IMG/VR virus record: IMGVR_UViG_3300023174_000040
Location: 259,268-323,267 of that record
Length of the DNA stretch: 64,000 nucleotides
Direction: 5' to 3' (one strand)
The notes below the pieces were generated by a model, which worked only from the letters and a program-made list of their open reading frames with translations, ran no database searches and had not been told where the DNA came from. Positions 28,250 through 36,632 of the stretch are shown here, one piece after another. Every line of letters starts with the position of its first letter. Within the stretch, counting starts at the first letter, position 1. The position numbers and the translations under genes were made by a program.

Positions 28250-30037
28250 ATGAAGCGTAAATTAATCAATTATGATGAATTCAAGAAAATGGAGAATGAG
28301 TCAGTATCCAGAGTTGAGAAGGAGCTAATCGAAGCTGAGGAGCTTCTTGCAACAATTCTTGAAACAGAAAAACTTGAACTCATGTTCTTTAATGAGTCAG
28401 AAGTTGTTTACAAGACAGTAAACGAAGATATCGTTCGTGCCAACTATAAACTAACCAACGATAATCTTGCTCTAGAAAACATCGAAGAACTAGTAATCGA
28501 TGAAGAGACAGAAAAGAATGAGTCAAAGAAACTCATCTCTGACATGATTGATAATCTTCTTGAGAATAAAGAAGAAGTCGCTTCAGAAGTTCTTAGCGAG
28601 TATCTCAATATGCCATCAGTAAGAAGAAACCTAATTTCAGAAGGTTTCAAAGTTAAGTTAAGCAAGCCAACAGGTGCAAGAAGCAAGCTATTCCACAAGA
28701 AGCAGCCAAGAAGCCTTGTTGCCAAACGTATTCGCTCAATGATGAAAACAAAGAGAAAGCGTGCTAGCCTCAAGAACTATCTCAAGATGAAGACAGCCAG
28801 TGCCAAGCGTCGTCTCAAGAACATCACCAATCCAAGAGCCAGAATTTATGTTGTTAAGACTATGAAGGAATGGACAAGCCTAACAGAGAACGTTCTTGGT
28901 TATGTAAATCACAAAGAAATGGGCCATGTTTACAAAGAATGCATCGTTGAACAAAACGATAAAGGTGATATCGTTGGAATCAAAGTTCCAACAGTAAGCA
29001 AAGTAAATGAAGGCAAAGTATTAAGTTTCGATTGGAAGACTCTCGACACCGAAGTCAAGGTTCTCAGAAGCAAAGGCAAATGCCTTGTAAAGAATGAAAA
29101 CTTCGTCAAGAGTGTTGCTCAAATCAAGAAGTACAACAATATTTCTGATAACAACATGCTTGAGACAAGTTTAGAGAATGCTGTTAAGAATTTTCCAGAA
29201 TTAGTTTATGTCACTCAAGAAGAACTATCTTCAATGGTTAAAGAAGCTCTTGAGACAGTTGGAGCCAGAAATTTTGATGATAATACCTGCAATTTCATTG
29301 CTGAGGGTCTACTAAGAACCGCTCACAATGCTTATTCAGATCGTGTTAACAAAATCACAAATTTAGCTGGTGCCACAGTTTGTGAAGAGTGCGAAGACAA
29401 GTATCCAGGATTCAAAGAAGTTGCCGACAAGTTCTACAAGTATCTTGATGAATCAGCCAGTGCTGATCTCAAGGTTTTCGAAGATCTAGTTGAGGCTCTA
29501 GAGAACCTCAAAGTATTAGCCGAAAAACTTGGCGACAAAGAAGTTGTTGCTGAAGCTTCGGAACTACTCGATGAGTGCATCCTAGTTGTCAACCAAGAAG
29601 AAGAACCAGATGTTCAACTTGCTGAGTTTGTTGCCAACTACCTCAAGGATATCTATGAGAGTAATCTCGGATGCGAAGATTGGGCTGACAGTATGCCAAC
29701 AATGAGTGTTAATGGGGATCACCCATCGCTTAGTGAAAAGGCAAGAAAAAGTTACAGCCCAGCTGCTGATCTTGAGGACAAGAGTGTAGTCGATAGCCCA
29801 GCTCCAGTTAGCGATGGCAAGACTATTGTAAACGATTTAGATGATGAGATGAAAGATAATGGTTGGGGCAACGTTGGTGGTGACCACGTCTATCCATCAT
29901 TAACTAATCCTTATATTCCAAATGCAATGGAATTCACGATGAAGGGCGAAAAAGGAGTTGATAAGGATGGTGAAGATCTCGGAACAAACCAAGGTAAAGA
30001 TACTTGGCCAGGTCTTCAGAATCCTTTTGCCAAATAA
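28250..30037 (+). CDS. Probable prohead core/scaffold-associated protein
   Basis: First gene of the head operon; AGGGAG RBS before ATG 28250; acidic helical sequence with a basic patch reminiscent of gp68. Confidence 0.6.
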   Translation: MKRKLINYDEFKKMENESVSRVEKELIEAEELLATILETEKLELMFFNESEVVYKTVNEDIVRANYKLTNDNLALENIEELVIDEETEKNESKKLISDMIDNLLENKEEVASEVLSEYLNMPSVRRNLISEGFKVKLSKPTGARSKLFHKKQPRSLVAKRIRSMMKTKRKRASLKNYLKMKTASAKRRLKNITNPRARIYVVKTMKEWTSLTENVLGYVNHKEMGHVYKECIVEQNDKGDIVGIKVPTVSKVNEGKVLSFDWKTLDTEVKVLRSKGKCLVKNENFVKSVAQIKKYNNISDNNMLETSLENAVKNFPELVYVTQEELSSMVKEALETVGARNFDDNTCNFIAEGLLRTAHNAYSDRVNKITNLAGATVCEECEDKYPGFKEVADKFYKYLDESASADLKVFEDLVEALENLKVLAEKLGDKEVVAEASELLDECILVVNQEEEPDVQLAEFVANYLKDIYESNLGCEDWADSMPTMSVNGDHPSLSEKARKSYSPAADLEDKSVVDSPAPVSDGKTIVNDLDDEMKDNGWGNVGGDHVYPSLTNPYIPNAMEFTMKGEKGVDKDGEDLGTNQGKDTWPGLQNPFAK

Positions 30038-30055
30038 ATATAAAGGAGAAAAACA

Positions 30056-30745
30056 ATGTCAAAAGATCAAATGCTATTCGTAGATAGCTGCATGGGTGGT
30101 GGGTTCAACATGGACCTAAACGAAAGTGTCACAGATAAAGGGTTAACCAGATTCCGTGGCAAGTTCCAAGAAGCTGAAGCTATTAATAAAAACAAAAGAA
30201 TATATCCTTTTGAAGTTCTCAGTGAGAACGTCAAAAAACTTAACGAATGTGTAAAGCACAGAGGTTTAATTGGTGAGTTAGATCACCCAACCGACAGCAT
30301 TATACATTTTGAAAAGGCTAGCCATGTCATCACCAAGCTTTGGTGGGACGGCAATGTCCTCATGGGCGAAGGCGAAATACTCAACACACCTCACGGAAAA
30401 ATACTGAGAAGTCTTTTGAACGACGGTGTTAGAGTTGGCATTAGCAGCAGAGGCGTTGGTAATGGAAAAGTAAATGAAAATGGAGTATTAGTTATCGGTG
30501 AAAGTTATAAACTTATAACATTCGACGCAGTAGCTGATCCTAGCACTTTCGCAGCTTTTCAAGAGAAGGTTACTGATAAGAAGGATAAGAAAGAAAGTGT
30601 AGAAATTTCTTCTGCGGTGGAAGAAATTCCTGCAAAAAATGAAAGCAGCAGCATATATACTGTTAATAAAGAAGCGTTAATTGCTTGTTTAGGAACAATA
30701 ATCGAAAATTCAACCAATTCATTAAAGCGAGGTTTAGGCTCATGA
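30056..30745 (+). CDS. gp21: Prohead protease (T4 gp21-like, U9)
   Basis: NKNKRIYP, GELDHP, GVRVGISSRGVG, ITFDAVADPS. Confidence 0.95.
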   Translation: MSKDQMLFVDSCMGGGFNMDLNESVTDKGLTRFRGKFQEAEAINKNKRIYPFEVLSENVKKLNECVKHRGLIGELDHPTDSIIHFEKASHVITKLWWDGNVLMGEGEILNTPHGKILRSLLNDGVRVGISSRGVGNGKVNENGVLVIGESYKLITFDAVADPSTFAAFQEKVTDKKDKKESVEISSAVEEIPAKNESSSIYTVNKEALIACLGTIIENSTNSLKRGLGS

Positions 30746-31638
30746 ACAAAATTAAAGAAGCACTAGAAAAACTCTTACCTGCTGATCAGATTCAAGAGGT
30801 AAGCTCAGCAGTCGAAGAAATGTTAAAGGATGCAAAGTCAGAACTAGAGACTGAATTTAATTCCAAATTGGAGGAGGCCTACGCCGAAGTTTCCAATGAA
30901 CTAAAGTCAGCTGAAAAGACAGCAGAAGAAGGTTATACCGAAGCTTATGCTATCATCTCTGAACTCAGAAATCGTCTTGAAGTTCAAGGTGAAGAGTATG
31001 AAGCAGCTCTCGAAGAGGGCTACGAAGAAGCTTATGAAATGCTCAAAGAGGAGAGAAGCAAGAATGGTAGTCTTGAAGTTTCCCTCTATGAAGAATACGA
31101 CAAGAAGCTTGCCGAGATGAAAGAGTACATCGTTGACAAAGTAGATCAATTTCTACAGTTCAAGGGTGCCGAAATCTATGAACAAGCCAAGAAGGATGTC
31201 CTTGCTGATCCAAGAACTGTCGAGCACAGGAATGCTTTCGACAAGATTGTTGATATCACAAGTGAATATCTAAGTGACGAAGATTATGCAAGTGTCAGTT
31301 CTGCTAAGGTTGATGAAGCCAAGAAGCAGATTGATGATCTCAAGGGCCAAATCAAGCTATTAGAGGCCAGAAGCATAAGACTATCGACAGAGAACACAAA
31401 ACTAACCGAGGCTGTTCGCCACGCACAAACAGTTGTGACCGAACAAGTCAAGGCTGTAGAGAATGAAAAACAGGTAAAAACTGTTAATGAAATGAAAGAA
31501 AGAGCTGAAAAGAGCAAGAATGTAATGGGGAGAGGACAAGTAGTCGCTGGTGAAGCTGTTATTGCGGAAAATAACGGTACTCAACACGACTTTAACGATT
31601 TGCACATTTTAGCTGGTATTAAAAAGATCGAAGACTGA
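30742..31638 (+). CDS. gp22: Prohead scaffold protein (gp22-like)
   Basis: Acidic coiled-coil between protease and capsid genes; ATGA overlap at 30742. Confidence 0.8.
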   Translation: MNKIKEALEKLLPADQIQEVSSAVEEMLKDAKSELETEFNSKLEEAYAEVSNELKSAEKTAEEGYTEAYAIISELRNRLEVQGEEYEAALEEGYEEAYEMLKEERSKNGSLEVSLYEEYDKKLAEMKEYIVDKVDQFLQFKGAEIYEQAKKDVLADPRTVEHRNAFDKIVDITSEYLSDEDYASVSSAKVDEAKKQIDDLKGQIKLLEARSIRLSTENTKLTEAVRHAQTVVTEQVKAVENEKQVKTVNEMKERAEKSKNVMGRGQVVAGEAVIAENNGTQHDFNDLHILAGIKKIED

Positions 31639-31682
31639 ACGGATTCTACTGGCTAATCAATTTTTAAAAGAAAGTAAGAAAA

Positions 31683-33107
31683 ATGAATATTAATGCTAAA
31701 TTTCTCAACGAAGCGAAGGAGTTAGAAGGTCGTTGGAAGAAAACCGGCTTGTTGGAGGGCATCGAAGATCGTTACGTCCGATCCACCACAGCTGTTCTTC
31801 TCGAGAACCAGAGACTCATCAATGAAGTTTCAACCGACACAGGTGATGTTGCTCAATTCAAAAGAATCAGCATCCCACTTGTTCGCAGAGTTTACCCACA
31901 GTTGATTGCAAACAAGATCGTCTCGGTCCAGCCATTGCTCGGACCAACCGGTCTAGTTTACTATCTCCGTTTTAGATATGGCAGCAACAAGGGTGCTGTC
32001 CGTGGAGCCGCTAAGGGCGGATTCCCAGGTGATGACGTTAACTCACTACAGCAGTTAGCCGATGGTACAGCCAATCTCGACGTTTTCTACTCTCATCAGT
32101 TCGTTCAGAACGAGAGCCATGCTGACGCCGGTGGCACAACCACAAGTTTCACTGTTGAGCACATTCCAGTTATCGCTGGCACAATGACCGGTACAGTTTA
32201 TGACGGCAACACAGTTGTCAATACTTTCGTTGTTTCAGCTGGCGGCACAATGAGTGTCACCGACGTTGGATCACCAAATCCAAAGGTAACAAGTGGTACA
32301 CTTGATCCTTCAACTGGTGTCGTTAGTCTAACCTGGAACAGTGATCCAAGTGCCAACACCGTAGTTGTATCATATGAGTACAACATGGAAGGCAACAAGG
32401 ATATGCCCGAGATCAATCTAGCCATCGAGAGCGAAGAGATTGCAGCCAAGACTCGTAAACTGAAGGCAGTTTGGAGCTATGAGGCTCAGCAAGATCTACG
32501 TTCACAGCACAACCTCGACGCCGAGGCTGAGCTAACTGCCGTTCTTGCTCAGGAAATCAATCTAGAAATCGACCGTGAAGTTCTAGGTGACCTCCGCAAT
32601 AACGCCGGTACCGTCAGTGCTTGGGACTATAGCACCGCCCTCGGTGATACAGTCAAGGAACGCTACGAGAGTCTATACGTTAAGGTTGTTGAAGTCAGCA
32701 ACGTAATTCATCGTAAGACACTACGTGGTGGTGCCAATTGGTTAGTAACAAGTCCAGAAGTTGCTTCAGTATTCGAAACAGCCACAGCCGGTTTCGCTCC
32801 AGCTCCTTCAGAGACTTTCACTAGCTCACTCGGCATCCAGTATGTCGGAACTGTGAACAATCGTTGGAGACTCTACAAGGACCCACTGTTCCCAACAGGT
32901 CAAATCCTAATGGGATATAAGGGCGACAGCTACATGGACAGCGGATACTTCTACTGCCCATACGTGCCACTCACCCAGACTCCAGTAGTCCTTGATCCAG
33001 ATTCCTTCACACCACGTAAGGGTCTGTTAACAAGGTATGGGAAGAAGTTGCTTAGAGAGGGAGCAAAGTTTTATGCCCGCCTCAACATAGCCAATTTTAT
33101 CGTGTAA
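31683..33107 (+). CDS. gp23: Major capsid protein (T4 gp23-like)
   Basis: TAVLLENQ, PLVRRVYPQLIA, VQPLLGPTG, AKTRKLKAVWS, QEINLEIDRE, YCPYVPL, TRYG. Confidence 0.97.
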   Translation: MNINAKFLNEAKELEGRWKKTGLLEGIEDRYVRSTTAVLLENQRLINEVSTDTGDVAQFKRISIPLVRRVYPQLIANKIVSVQPLLGPTGLVYYLRFRYGSNKGAVRGAAKGGFPGDDVNSLQQLADGTANLDVFYSHQFVQNESHADAGGTTTSFTVEHIPVIAGTMTGTVYDGNTVVNTFVVSAGGTMSVTDVGSPNPKVTSGTLDPSTGVVSLTWNSDPSANTVVVSYEYNMEGNKDMPEINLAIESEEIAAKTRKLKAVWSYEAQQDLRSQHNLDAEAELTAVLAQEINLEIDREVLGDLRNNAGTVSAWDYSTALGDTVKERYESLYVKVVEVSNVIHRKTLRGGANWLVTSPEVASVFETATAGFAPAPSETFTSSLGIQYVGTVNNRWRLYKDPLFPTGQILMGYKGDSYMDSGYFYCPYVPLTQTPVVLDPDSFTPRKGLLTRYGKKLLREGAKFYARLNIANFIV

Positions 33108-33133
33108 TTTTACACCATAATTTGCAAAACAAG

Positions 33134-33170
33134 AACCCTGTGGTCGAAAGATCACAGGGTTTTTTTATTT
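33134..33170 (+). terminator. Intrinsic terminator after the capsid gene
   Basis: AACCCTGTGGTC-GAAA-GATCACAGGGTT followed by a T-run. Confidence 0.9.
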
Positions 33171-33241
33171 TTAGAGACTAGAGCAAAATTCTATTGCGTG
33201 TAATTTTATTTAATGATACTATACTGATATAGGAGAACAGC

Positions 33242-33607
33242 ATGTATCAAATTAAATGTCCTGACTGTGGCGAGGAAAGAACTGTGAAGGCTAAAAAGAA
33301 ATGGATGAAGAATGAGCCTCCATTTTTAAAGATATGTAAAAGTTGTTGCCAGATAGGTAAAGAAAAAACTCCAGAGTGTCGTGCAAAACTTTCTGAGGCT
33401 GTAAAAGCCATTCAAACAGAAGATGTCATTAATAAAAAGAGTCAATTTATGAGAGATCATCCTGAAATCTGGGAGAATAATCTTATTTTTGGATACTCAG
33501 CAGGATGGAATAAAGGCCTAAAGATGCCGAAATCATCAGAAGACAAAAAACAAAAAATATCAGAGTCGATGAAAAACACACTCGAAGAGAAAAAGAAAAA
33601 CAAATGA
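33242..33607 (+). CDS. Zinc-ribbon/NUMOD3-like DNA-binding protein
   Basis: CPDC...CKSC; WNKGLKMPKSSEDKKQKISES. Confidence 0.65.
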   Translation: MYQIKCPDCGEERTVKAKKKWMKNEPPFLKICKSCCQIGKEKTPECRAKLSEAVKAIQTEDVINKKSQFMRDHPEIWENNLIFGYSAGWNKGLKMPKSSEDKKQKISESMKNTLEEKKKNK

Positions 33608-34737
33608 ATATCGAAGAATTTGAAATTAAATACGGAGAATATGGCTTTAGAGACAAAATCTCTATATTTTGCAGCACTGAAGGCTGTGAAAATCATATGT
33701 TAACAAATAAAGACTCGGCTGTCAGAAATATAAAAAAGCATGGAACATTCAAGTGCAGAACTTGTTGTTACACAGAGGACGGAAAAAAAAGAATATCAGA
33801 GTCTACATCTTATAAACGTTCGCCAGAAACATGCAGAAAAATGGCAGAAGCAAAAATAGCTTTTTATCTTACCGAGGAAGGAAAGAAACTTAAGAAGAAA
33901 CTCTCTGTGCTGACGGCGGAAAACCATTCAGTACATAAATATGATAAGTCCAAAAGAAGAGGAGTGTTTGAATCTAAAAAAACGGGCAGGAAACTTTCCT
34001 ATGATTCTTCATATGAGCTCAGGCTTTGCTGGCTCTTGGACTCCGATGAGACAGTATTAGATTTTGAAACTCAACTAGGATTTCAAATAAACGGAAGAGG
34101 TAGATGTTTAGATTGTCTCGTGACTTACAAAAGTGGTAGGAAAAAAGTAATTGAAATGAAGCCTAAACAAAGAATAGATGAGTTTAAAAATCAAATAGAA
34201 GATACCAAAGAATATGCTAATCAAAATAATTGGGACTTTCAATTAATGACAGAAGACGATTTAGGAATGAACTATAAGCAGATTAGATTATGGGCAGATG
34301 ATTATAGAACAGAGAATACCGGAATTGATTATCATGAATATAGAAAAGAAAATAATAGAAAAAAAGCCAAAAAACACTATCACGAAAAAATAGCTTTAGA
34401 TAAAGTTAATGTTTATTGTGAATATTGTAAAGAAAATCATTCTGTTTTAAAGAAAAGCCATGATAGTAATATAAAAAGAAACGGAAAATACATCTGCGAA
34501 AAAGAAGGTGGGCACATATCAGGAAGTAAGCCTAAACCACATTTGATTAAAGAAAATCCTTATGCAAAGGAAGGCAAAAAGCAATGTAAAAAGTGCAACG
34601 AAATTAAATTTTTTGAACTTTTTAATAAAGATAAGTCGAGAAGAGATGGATATAGAGAGTATTGCAAAGATTGCGAATCAATTAAACAAAAAGAAAAGTA
34701 TAAGAAATCTAGGTCAGAGAAACCTACCGCTGATTAA
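33604..34737 (+). CDS. TnsA-like PD-(D/E)XK endonuclease with zinc fingers and NUMOD3 (probable homing endonuclease)
   Basis: YDSSYELR, LDCLVTY, VIEMKP; CKKC...CKDC finger. Confidence 0.75.
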   Translation: MNIEEFEIKYGEYGFRDKISIFCSTEGCENHMLTNKDSAVRNIKKHGTFKCRTCCYTEDGKKRISESTSYKRSPETCRKMAEAKIAFYLTEEGKKLKKKLSVLTAENHSVHKYDKSKRRGVFESKKTGRKLSYDSSYELRLCWLLDSDETVLDFETQLGFQINGRGRCLDCLVTYKSGRKKVIEMKPKQRIDEFKNQIEDTKEYANQNNWDFQLMTEDDLGMNYKQIRLWADDYRTENTGIDYHEYRKENNRKKAKKHYHEKIALDKVNVYCEYCKENHSVLKKSHDSNIKRNGKYICEKEGGHISGSKPKPHLIKENPYAKEGKKQCKKCNEIKFFELFNKDKSRRDGYREYCKDCESIKQKEKYKKSRSEKPTAD

Positions 34738-34836
34738 AAATCAAAAAACGGAATCGAAACCATCAAGTACATCGGACAAAATTGGTAGAAAAATAGTTTT
34801 CAAGCATATATAAATTATCTTATTTTAGGAGTTATT

Positions 34837-35304
34837 ATGAAGAGTTTTAATGAATGGCTAAACGAGAACTATCCACAACAACAAGGTTTTGTAGCCACCA
34901 AACAACCAGCTCAAGGTGGATCCAATACTGATCCCCGATTAAAAGATGCATTTGTAAAGGCTATAGGCGAAAGCAGACAAAGATTAAAAGAACTGGAAAG
35001 AGTTGTAGGTTCAAGTCAAAATCAAGCTAAACCAGATGTTCTTTTAGATCATATAAAAAGAAACTTTAAAATGGTAGCAGAAGATTTAATGCCTTTTGAT
35101 AGAAAGATTACTTTTGCAAATAACGTTGAATTTAGAATAATGAACTCTGCTCTTGGTACTATAGTTGGTGATTTAAGAAGCAATGTTGCACCACAGTGGG
35201 TAGTTAATGACGTTAAACAAGGCGCCTACAATAAAATTGTAGAATACATCACTGGCCTAGAGAGCGAATTAGCAAATTATTATAAATTATCTCAACAATC
35301 TTAA
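34837..35304 (+). CDS. Candidate capsid internal protein
   Basis: MKSFNEWLNE; AGGAG RBS. Confidence 0.65.
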   Translation: MKSFNEWLNENYPQQQGFVATKQPAQGGSNTDPRLKDAFVKAIGESRQRLKELERVVGSSQNQAKPDVLLDHIKRNFKMVAEDLMPFDRKITFANNVEFRIMNSALGTIVGDLRSNVAPQWVVNDVKQGAYNKIVEYITGLESELANYYKLSQQS

Positions 35305-35418
35305 GTTTATTGAAGGCATCCGGCGTAGCAAAAAATAGGGGATGGTGTCGAGATTGCCTTCTTCATCTGCGTTGGTGAAGAGTGGCGGCGATAGATCCAC
35401 AGTGTAAATTATAATATT

Positions 35419-35820
35419 ATGAGCAAACAACCAATGAATCTTGAGAATCTGCCTGGGTACCTGGACTCTCTTAGAAAAAGTGGAGGGACAGACGAAGATC
35501 TTGTTGTTGACATGGGAAGAATAGTGGACTCACCAAAGTCTTCAGTAAATTGGTTTAATCCTCTCTTATTTGCACTCACTTTTTGTTTATTTTTAATTGT
35601 TGGCGTTTCATATAATAGTTCTTCAGAGAGTGTTATGGTTGTTTTAGACAACCCAGATAGTATCTCAGAAATGGTATCGGCCAGTGGAGGAACTGTTGTT
35701 AGTGTTAAACAAAACCCTGCTGGAGGCTATGAAGTTAAGATAGAAAAACTAAAGAATGTTAAGTCTTTTATTGAGAGTTTACGCAAAAACAAAGACGTTA
35801 AAAAGGTAGAGAAAATTTAA
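35419..35820 (+). CDS. Single-pass membrane protein
   Basis: LLFALTFCLFLIVGV transmembrane segment. Confidence 0.6.
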   Translation: MSKQPMNLENLPGYLDSLRKSGGTDEDLVVDMGRIVDSPKSSVNWFNPLLFALTFCLFLIVGVSYNSSSESVMVVLDNPDSISEMVSASGGTVVSVKQNPAGGYEVKIEKLKNVKSFIESLRKNKDVKKVEKI

Positions 35821-35832
35821 TTATCTACTAAT

Positions 35833-36075
35833 TTAGTTCGTGCGGGATTGACATAACGGCCGTGTGCAAGCCTTCCAAGCTTGAAAAACGAGTTCGACTC
35901 TCGTATCCCGCTTTTCACTTTTAGGAATTTCCATATAAATCAAAGCAGCAAGGAATGCGGTGGCTTTCATGACCTTATAAGCCTTATACAAAACAGCGAC
36001 TATAGATAAAATCTTTATTTTAGCACCTTTGTTTCTGGCACGCTCTTCGTTTAAAAAATCTAAAAAATCTCTCAT
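35833..36075 (-). CDS. Possible small protein (3' end runs antisense across the tRNA)
   Basis: MRDFLDFLNE N-terminus fits the internal-protein motif; the overlap with the tRNA lowers confidence. Confidence 0.4.
   Translation of the reverse strand: MRDFLDFLNEERARNKGAKIKILSIVAVLYKAYKVMKATAFLAALIYMEIPKSEKRDTRVELVFQAWKACTRPLCQSRTN
35842..35912 (+). tRNA. trnG: tRNA-Gly(UCC), CCA not encoded
   Basis: GCGGGAT/ATCCCGC acceptor; ACAT/GTGT D-stem; CAAGC-CTTCCAA-GCTTG anticodon arm; ACGAG-TTCGACT-CTCGT T-arm; U discriminator. Confidence 0.95.
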
Positions 36076-36106
36076 ATTTGCTTTGTTAAATTACACTTCT
36101 AGCCAT

Positions 36107-36571
36107 TTACGCATGAGTTGGAGTTGGTGTTGGAGTACTACGAGTTGGAGTTGGAGTAACTGTGCGAGTTGGAGTTGGAGTAACTGTGCGAGTTGGTGTT
36201 GGTGTTGGTGTTGGTGCCATGCAAACCCCGCTTACGCAGGTATATCCTGCTGGACAAGCGTTTCCACAACTTCCGCAATTACTTTCATCGTTTGTTAAAT
36301 TAACGCAAACACTATCACAGAGGGTTTCCGAGTTAGAACAATCTCCTCTTGCTTCAACAAATTCACTTGGAATAATTTGGGCTAAGTATTCTCCTCCATC
36401 AGATACCGTTATTACTTCTCCATCTTTTTTGGAAACAATCTTTTTTCCATCATAATCAACCATATTTAAAGTTCTCTGAATACTGTTTCCGTTTAATATA
36501 GCTGTATCTAATCCGCCTTCCGAGGCTAGGTTTTTGAGTAATGGGCTGAGTTCTAAATTTGAGTCTGACAT
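36107..36571 (-). CDS. Protein with a Stig1-like Cys-rich module and Pro/Thr tail
   Basis: CDSVCVNLTNDESNCGSCGNACPAGYTCVSGVC then (PT)n; AAAGGA RBS. Confidence 0.75.
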   Translation of the reverse strand: MSDSNLELSPLLKNLASEGGLDTAILNGNSIQRTLNMVDYDGKKIVSKKDGEVITVSDGGEYLAQIIPSEFVEARGDCSNSETLCDSVCVNLTNDESNCGSCGNACPAGYTCVSGVCMAPTPTPTPTRTVTPTPTRTVTPTPTRSTPTPTPTHA

Positions 36572-36632
36572 GTTTGTTATTCCTTTATGTTTGTTGGTAT
36601 GACTTATATAGTATTGTTTATAAAATAATTGA

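Noticed and set aside
28444-32449. Minus-strand ORFs within the head operon
   Set aside because: Antisense shadows of strongly codon-biased structural genes
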